DNA of 64,000 nucleotides from the NCBI RefSeq assembly GCF_013315695.1, contig NZ_CP054353.1; one strand, 5' to 3'. A model generated the notes under the pieces. That model did not search any database, was not told the DNA's origin, and saw only the letters and a program-made list of their open reading frames with translations. The stretch comes from Escherichia coli (GTDB lineage Bacteria > Pseudomonadota > Gammaproteobacteria > Enterobacterales > Enterobacteriaceae). Below are positions 59,891 to 64,000 of this stretch, piece by piece. Numbering within the stretch: position 1 is the stretch's first letter; every line of letters starts with the position of its first letter. Made by a program: the position numbers and the translations under genes.

Positions 59891-60532
59891 ATGTTTACGG
59901 GGATTGTACAGGGCACCGCAAAACTGGTGTCGATTGACGAGAAACCAAATTTTCGCACGCATGTGGTGGAGTTACCCGACCACATGCTGGACGGTCTGGA
60001 AACCGGTGCTTCCGTGGCGCATAACGGTTGCTGCCTGACCGTGACGGAAATTAACGGCAACCATGTCAGTTTTGACCTGATGAAAGAAACGTTACGCATT
60101 ACTAATCTTGGCGATTTAAAAGTGGGGGATTGGGTAAACGTTGAGCGTGCGGCGAAATTCAGCGATGAAATTGGCGGACACTTAATGTCAGGTCATATTA
60201 TGACCACCGCTGAAGTAGCGAAAATATTAACCTCGGAAAATAATCGTCAGATCTGGTTTAAAGTCCAGGATAGTCAGTTGATGAAATATATTCTGTACAA
60301 AGGATTTATTGGCATCGACGGTATTAGCCTGACCGTCGGCGAAGTCACGCCAACGCGTTTTTGCGTCCATTTAATTCCGGAAACACTGGAACGCACGACT
60401 CTTGGGAAGAAAAAACTTGGCGCACGCGTCAACATTGAAATCGATCCACAAACTCAGGCAGTGGTTGATACGGTAGAACGTGTGCTGGCGGCACGAGAAA
60501 ATGCCATGAATCAACCAGGTACAGAAGCCTGA
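59891..60532 (+). CDS. ribC: Riboflavin synthase alpha subunit
   Basis: 213 aa [21 protein letters not shown]...; two lumazine-binding repeats. Confidence 0.95.
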   Translation: MFTGIVQGTAKLVSIDEKPNFRTHVVELPDHMLDGLETGASVAHNGCCLTVTEINGNHVSFDLMKETLRITNLGDLKVGDWVNVERAAKFSDEIGGHLMSGHIMTTAEVAKILTSENNRQIWFKVQDSQLMKYILYKGFIGIDGISLTVGEVTPTRFCVHLIPETLERTTLGKKKLGARVNIEIDPQTQAVVDTVERVLAARENAMNQPGTEA

Positions 60533-60539
60533 TCTGAAA

Positions 60540-60560
60540 TCGCCCCCGGAGCGGGGGCGA
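60540..60560. terminator. Bidirectional terminator between ribC and cfa
   Basis: TCGCCCCCG-GAG-CGGGGGCGA hairpin. Confidence 0.6.
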
Positions 60561-60571
60561 TAGAATAGCCT

Positions 60572-61720
60572 CTAGCGAGCGACTCGAAGGCCGTTTTCGA
60601 CTCCGCGAGAGAACACCACCTGCCAGAGCTGAATATCACGGGCGCGGAAAGCACCTGCACAGGCATTCAGATAATAGGTAAACATCCGTTTAAAGCGTTC
60701 ACTGTAGTTATCCGCAATTTCTGGCCATGCGGCGAGGAAACGTTCATACCACGCCATCAACGTAGTATCGTAATCAGCACCGAAGTTATGCCAGTCTTCC
60801 ATCACAAAGTGGGGTTCGCTGGACTGAGCAATCTGGCGTACAGAGGGCAGGCAACCGTTCGGAAAAATATATTTATTAATCCAGGGATCAACATTCAGAT
60901 CGGTTTTTTTCGAACCGATGGTATGGAGCAGGAATATACCTTCCGGTTTCAAATTACGATCCACCACCGCAAAATAGGTATCGTAATTTTTCGGTCCGAC
61001 GTGTTCGAACATCCCCACAGAAACAATACGGTCAAACTGGTCGTTCAGGTCACGATAATCTTGCAGCAAAATGGTGACATCCAGGCCTTCACAGCGTTCC
61101 TGAGCCATTTTTTGCTGTTCGGCAGAAATGGTTACGCCGACCACGCTTACGTCATAATTAGACGCCATGTAGTGCGCCAGTCCGCCCCAGCCACAGCCAA
61201 TATCCAGTACGCGCATCCCTGGTTTTAACTGCAATTTTTCACAAATCATTTTGAGCTTCGCCTGCTGGGCAGATTCCAGATTATCGGCATCTTTCCAGTA
61301 AGCACAGGAATATTGCATGAAGGGATCAAGCATGCGGCTGAACAAGTCATTACCCAAATCGTAATGCTCTTTGCCGACTATCCAGGCACGTTTTTTACTC
61401 TGCAGATTGAAGAGACGAGCGCCGGCAATACGCAGCGTGTCTTTGAAATGATGGGGGAGTTGGTTCTCGAGACCTGCGCGTAAGACTTTGCTAAAAAACA
61501 TATCCAGTCGGTCACATTCCCACCAGCCATCCATATAACTTTCGCCTAACCCCAACGATCCTTCCTGCAGAACGCGTTTAAAAAAATCGGGGTTTTTCAC
61601 ACGAATATCCGCCGGGGCAGAACCGTTAATGGCTATACCGGCACGACTAAGTAATTCGTTGGCGATACGGTACCAGTTGTCATCCGGTACACTGACTTCT
61701 TCTATACACGATGAACTCAT
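60572..61720 (-). CDS. cfa: Cyclopropane-fatty-acyl-phospholipid synthase
   Basis: 382 aa; SAM-binding VLDIGCGWGG. Confidence 0.97.
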   Translation of the reverse strand: MSSSCIEEVSVPDDNWYRIANELLSRAGIAINGSAPADIRVKNPDFFKRVLQEGSLGLGESYMDGWWECDRLDMFFSKVLRAGLENQLPHHFKDTLRIAGARLFNLQSKKRAWIVGKEHYDLGNDLFSRMLDPFMQYSCAYWKDADNLESAQQAKLKMICEKLQLKPGMRVLDIGCGWGGLAHYMASNYDVSVVGVTISAEQQKMAQERCEGLDVTILLQDYRDLNDQFDRIVSVGMFEHVGPKNYDTYFAVVDRNLKPEGIFLLHTIGSKKTDLNVDPWINKYIFPNGCLPSVRQIAQSSEPHFVMEDWHNFGADYDTTLMAWYERFLAAWPEIADNYSERFKRMFTYYLNACAGAFRARDIQLWQVVFSRGVENGLRVAR

Positions 61721-62010
61721 AGTTTCTCCATCACTGGTCGGTGATCAGAACCTTAAAACAGCGTAGACGCTTTTTGGGCTTTGTGAGAAATCTCGCAGAA
61801 AAAACCGCGAGTCTATAATCCGACGTAGAACAGAGGGAAAGGAGGAACCCTTGCCGAAATGACCATCCATAGTGAGTCGGGAACGATCCTGTCCCCGTAA
61901 TAACATAATATTTATCGTAGCTTTAACAACTCGAAATTAGTATAGGCCGCTAATTTCAATCATACAACAAAATTTTGTTAGCAGCCTAAGTATAAGTATA
62001 TCGATATAGA

Positions 62011-63222
62011 TCAGTGTGATTCGCTATGAGCGACTTCGGCATTGCCATGATTCTGGCAGTCAACTTCTTCACAACGTTGCATCATGTAACCCAGAGCAAC
62101 CAGCACTACTGTTGATAACATCACGCTGGTGGTGGTGAGCAATGGCGTGCTGATACTGATAAGCCAGGAAACTACCAGACTTGCGAGGAAGCACAGACCC
62201 AGTTGCAGAGTGTTCTGCAACGCTGCGGCGCGACCGGTTGCATGTGGGAAGGGACGCAGCGCCTGGGCGACAACAATCGGGTAGATCGCACCGTTGGCAA
62301 TCGCCATCACACAGAATGGGATCAGGATTTCGACCAGCGACACATGGCTAATGAAGCCCGCAGCCCAGGTCGCAATGACGCTGACAGCAAACAGTACCAG
62401 CAACCACGGTAATAACTGCTTGCCTTGCCATTTCTGCAGTGCGGCGCGACAGCCATAACCACCAATCAGAAACGCGATAGTTTGCGGGACATAACTTAAA
62501 CCAATAACTGCCGGGCTGTAGCCCATTTCACTAAGGATGAACGGTGAGCCGGTCAGCCATGCAAAAAAACTGGCTGAACAGGCCGCATATATCAGCACGT
62601 TGCCGCGATAGGTTTTAGAACGTAGCAGGTCGGTAAAGGTCAGACCATCCTGACTATTGTTACGGGCCTTCGTCGTGGGTTTGAGCCAGAAAATAGGCAG
62701 AATCAGCACCACGGTAATGGCAAACAGGGTGGCGAAAATCGCCTGCCAGGAAAAATGGACCAGCAGCCAGCTTCCTAACAGAGGAGCCAGTGCCGGAGAT
62801 AGACCCACCAGCGGCATGATGGTCGCAAAAATACGGTTAACTTTCTGTGAAGGATAATAATCCGTCACTAACGCTTGCCAGATAACCGCCGCGGCGCAGA
62901 CACCCACAGCCTGTACAAAACGCAATACCAGCAGCGTAGCGGCGTTTTCTACCCACAGCATCCCCAGACTACCTAACGCAAAAATTGTCAGGCCGATTAA
63001 TAATACCGGTTTACGACCATAACGGTCGGAGAGCGGCCCCCACAGAAGCTGGGCTGCGGCAAAACCGGCAAGGAACAGACTAAGGCTGGCACTGACAGCA
63101 GACGCAGGCGTTTGCAGGTCGGCCTGTATGGCGGCGAAAGCAGGCAGATACATATCGGTTGCCAGAAAACCGAGTACGCTCAAACCCGCCAGCCAGACTA
63201 AAAATCTTTTCCCAGGTTGCAT
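62011..63222 (-). CDS. ydhC: MFS transporter (Bcr/CflA-like)
   Basis: 403 aa, 12 TM. Confidence 0.9.
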   Translation of the reverse strand: MQPGKRFLVWLAGLSVLGFLATDMYLPAFAAIQADLQTPASAVSASLSLFLAGFAAAQLLWGPLSDRYGRKPVLLIGLTIFALGSLGMLWVENAATLLVLRFVQAVGVCAAAVIWQALVTDYYPSQKVNRIFATIMPLVGLSPALAPLLGSWLLVHFSWQAIFATLFAITVVLILPIFWLKPTTKARNNSQDGLTFTDLLRSKTYRGNVLIYAACSASFFAWLTGSPFILSEMGYSPAVIGLSYVPQTIAFLIGGYGCRAALQKWQGKQLLPWLLVLFAVSVIATWAAGFISHVSLVEILIPFCVMAIANGAIYPIVVAQALRPFPHATGRAAALQNTLQLGLCFLASLVVSWLISISTPLLTTTSVMLSTVVLVALGYMMQRCEEVDCQNHGNAEVAHSESH

Positions 63223-63334
63223 GTATATTCTCTAAATCTCTCAATTAAACACCGCCGCAAAGTGTAGGGAGTGAAATTAGTGTTGTGAAACGGTAATATT
63301 TGATGACTGGTTTCAAAAATTATGCAGGCAGACT

Positions 63335-64000
63335 ATGTGGTCAGAATATTCACTCGAAGTTGTTGATGCGGTAGCGCGTAATGGTAGTTTTAGCGCTGCG
63401 GCACAGGAGTTGCATCGCGTTCCTTCTGCGGTCAGCTATACCGTGCGTCAGCTGGAAGAGTGGCTGGCGGTGCCGCTGTTTGAACGACGTCACCGTGATG
63501 TGGAACTGACCGCTGCCGGGGCGTGGTTTCTCAAAGAAGGGCGCTCTGTTGTCAAAAAAATGCAGATCACCCGGCAGCAATGTCAGCAGATAGCGAACGG
63601 CTGGCGCGGTCAGTTAGCTATCGCAGTGGATAATATTGTCAGGCCAGAACGTACACGGCAGATGATCGTTGATTTTTATCGCCATTTTGATGATGTCGAA
63701 CTTCTTGTCTTTCAGGAAGTGTTCAACGGTGTCTGGGATGCGCTTTCCGACGGGCGCGTGGAACTGGCGATTGGCGCAACACGCGCGATTCCGGTAGGCG
63801 GTCGTTATGCCTTCCGGGATATGGGGATGCTAAGCTGGAGTTGCGTTGTTGCCAGTCACCACCCGCTGGCGTTGATGGATGGCCCGTTCAGCGATGATAC
63901 GTTGCGCAACTGGCCGTCGTTGGTGCGCGAAGACACTTCGCGAACGCTACCTAAACGTATTACCTGGTTGCTGGATAACCAAAAAAGACTTGTCGTGCCT
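63335..64000 (+). CDS. punR: LysR-family transcriptional regulator, 3' end beyond the window
   Basis: ATG at 63335; MWSEYSLEVVDAVARNGSFSAAAQELHRVPSAVSYTVRQLEEWL... is a LysR HTH; open to the window end. Not in the supplied ORF track because no stop is reached. Confidence 0.85.
   Translation, partial: MWSEYSLEVVDAVARNGSFSAAAQELHRVPSAVSYTVRQLEEWLAVPLFERRHRDVELTAAGAWFLKEGRSVVKKMQITRQQCQQIANGWRGQLAIAVDNIVRPERTRQMIVDFYRHFDDVELLVFQEVFNGVWDALSDGRVELAIGATRAIPVGGRYAFRDMGMLSWSCVVASHHPLALMDGPFSDDTLRNWPSLVREDTSRTLPKRITWLLDNQKRLVVP

Overview
This window is enterobacterial (E. coli/Shigella-type) core chromosome, collinear with the K-12 interval btuCED-nlpC-ydiVU-aroH-ppsRA ... ydi cluster ... rprA ... 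suf operon-ldtE-lpp-pykF-ydh cluster-valVW-ydhQ-mdtK-ribC-cfa-ydhC-punR, in inverted orientation relative to K-12 numbering. All gene identities come from reading the translated ORFs against recalled protein families and K-12 gene order; no database search, alignment or GC computation was run. Four things depart from the K-12 backbone as I recall it: (1) bp 1-2300 is the integrase-proximal end of a P2-family prophage (divergent early gene, C-type repressor, integrase) with an AT-rich uncharacterised cargo ORF between int and the junction with btuC; (2) a four-gene accessory operon (DASS anion transporter, D-2-hydroxyacid dehydrogenase, DUF386/YhcH-like protein, SDR reductase) sits between the convergent 3' ends of ppsA and fadK, with a decayed TetR-like fragment on its ppsA side; (3) two IS1 copies, each with its own 9-bp target-site duplication, disrupt fadK and ydiP; (4) ydiV ends at an in-frame TAG, 15 codons short of the 237-aa length I recall for K-12. 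The cargo ORF and the accessory operon are the best candidates for an undescribed function, but neither can be assigned from sequence alone. No CRISPR array or rRNA gene was seen. Two tRNA-Val genes and the sRNA RprA are present.
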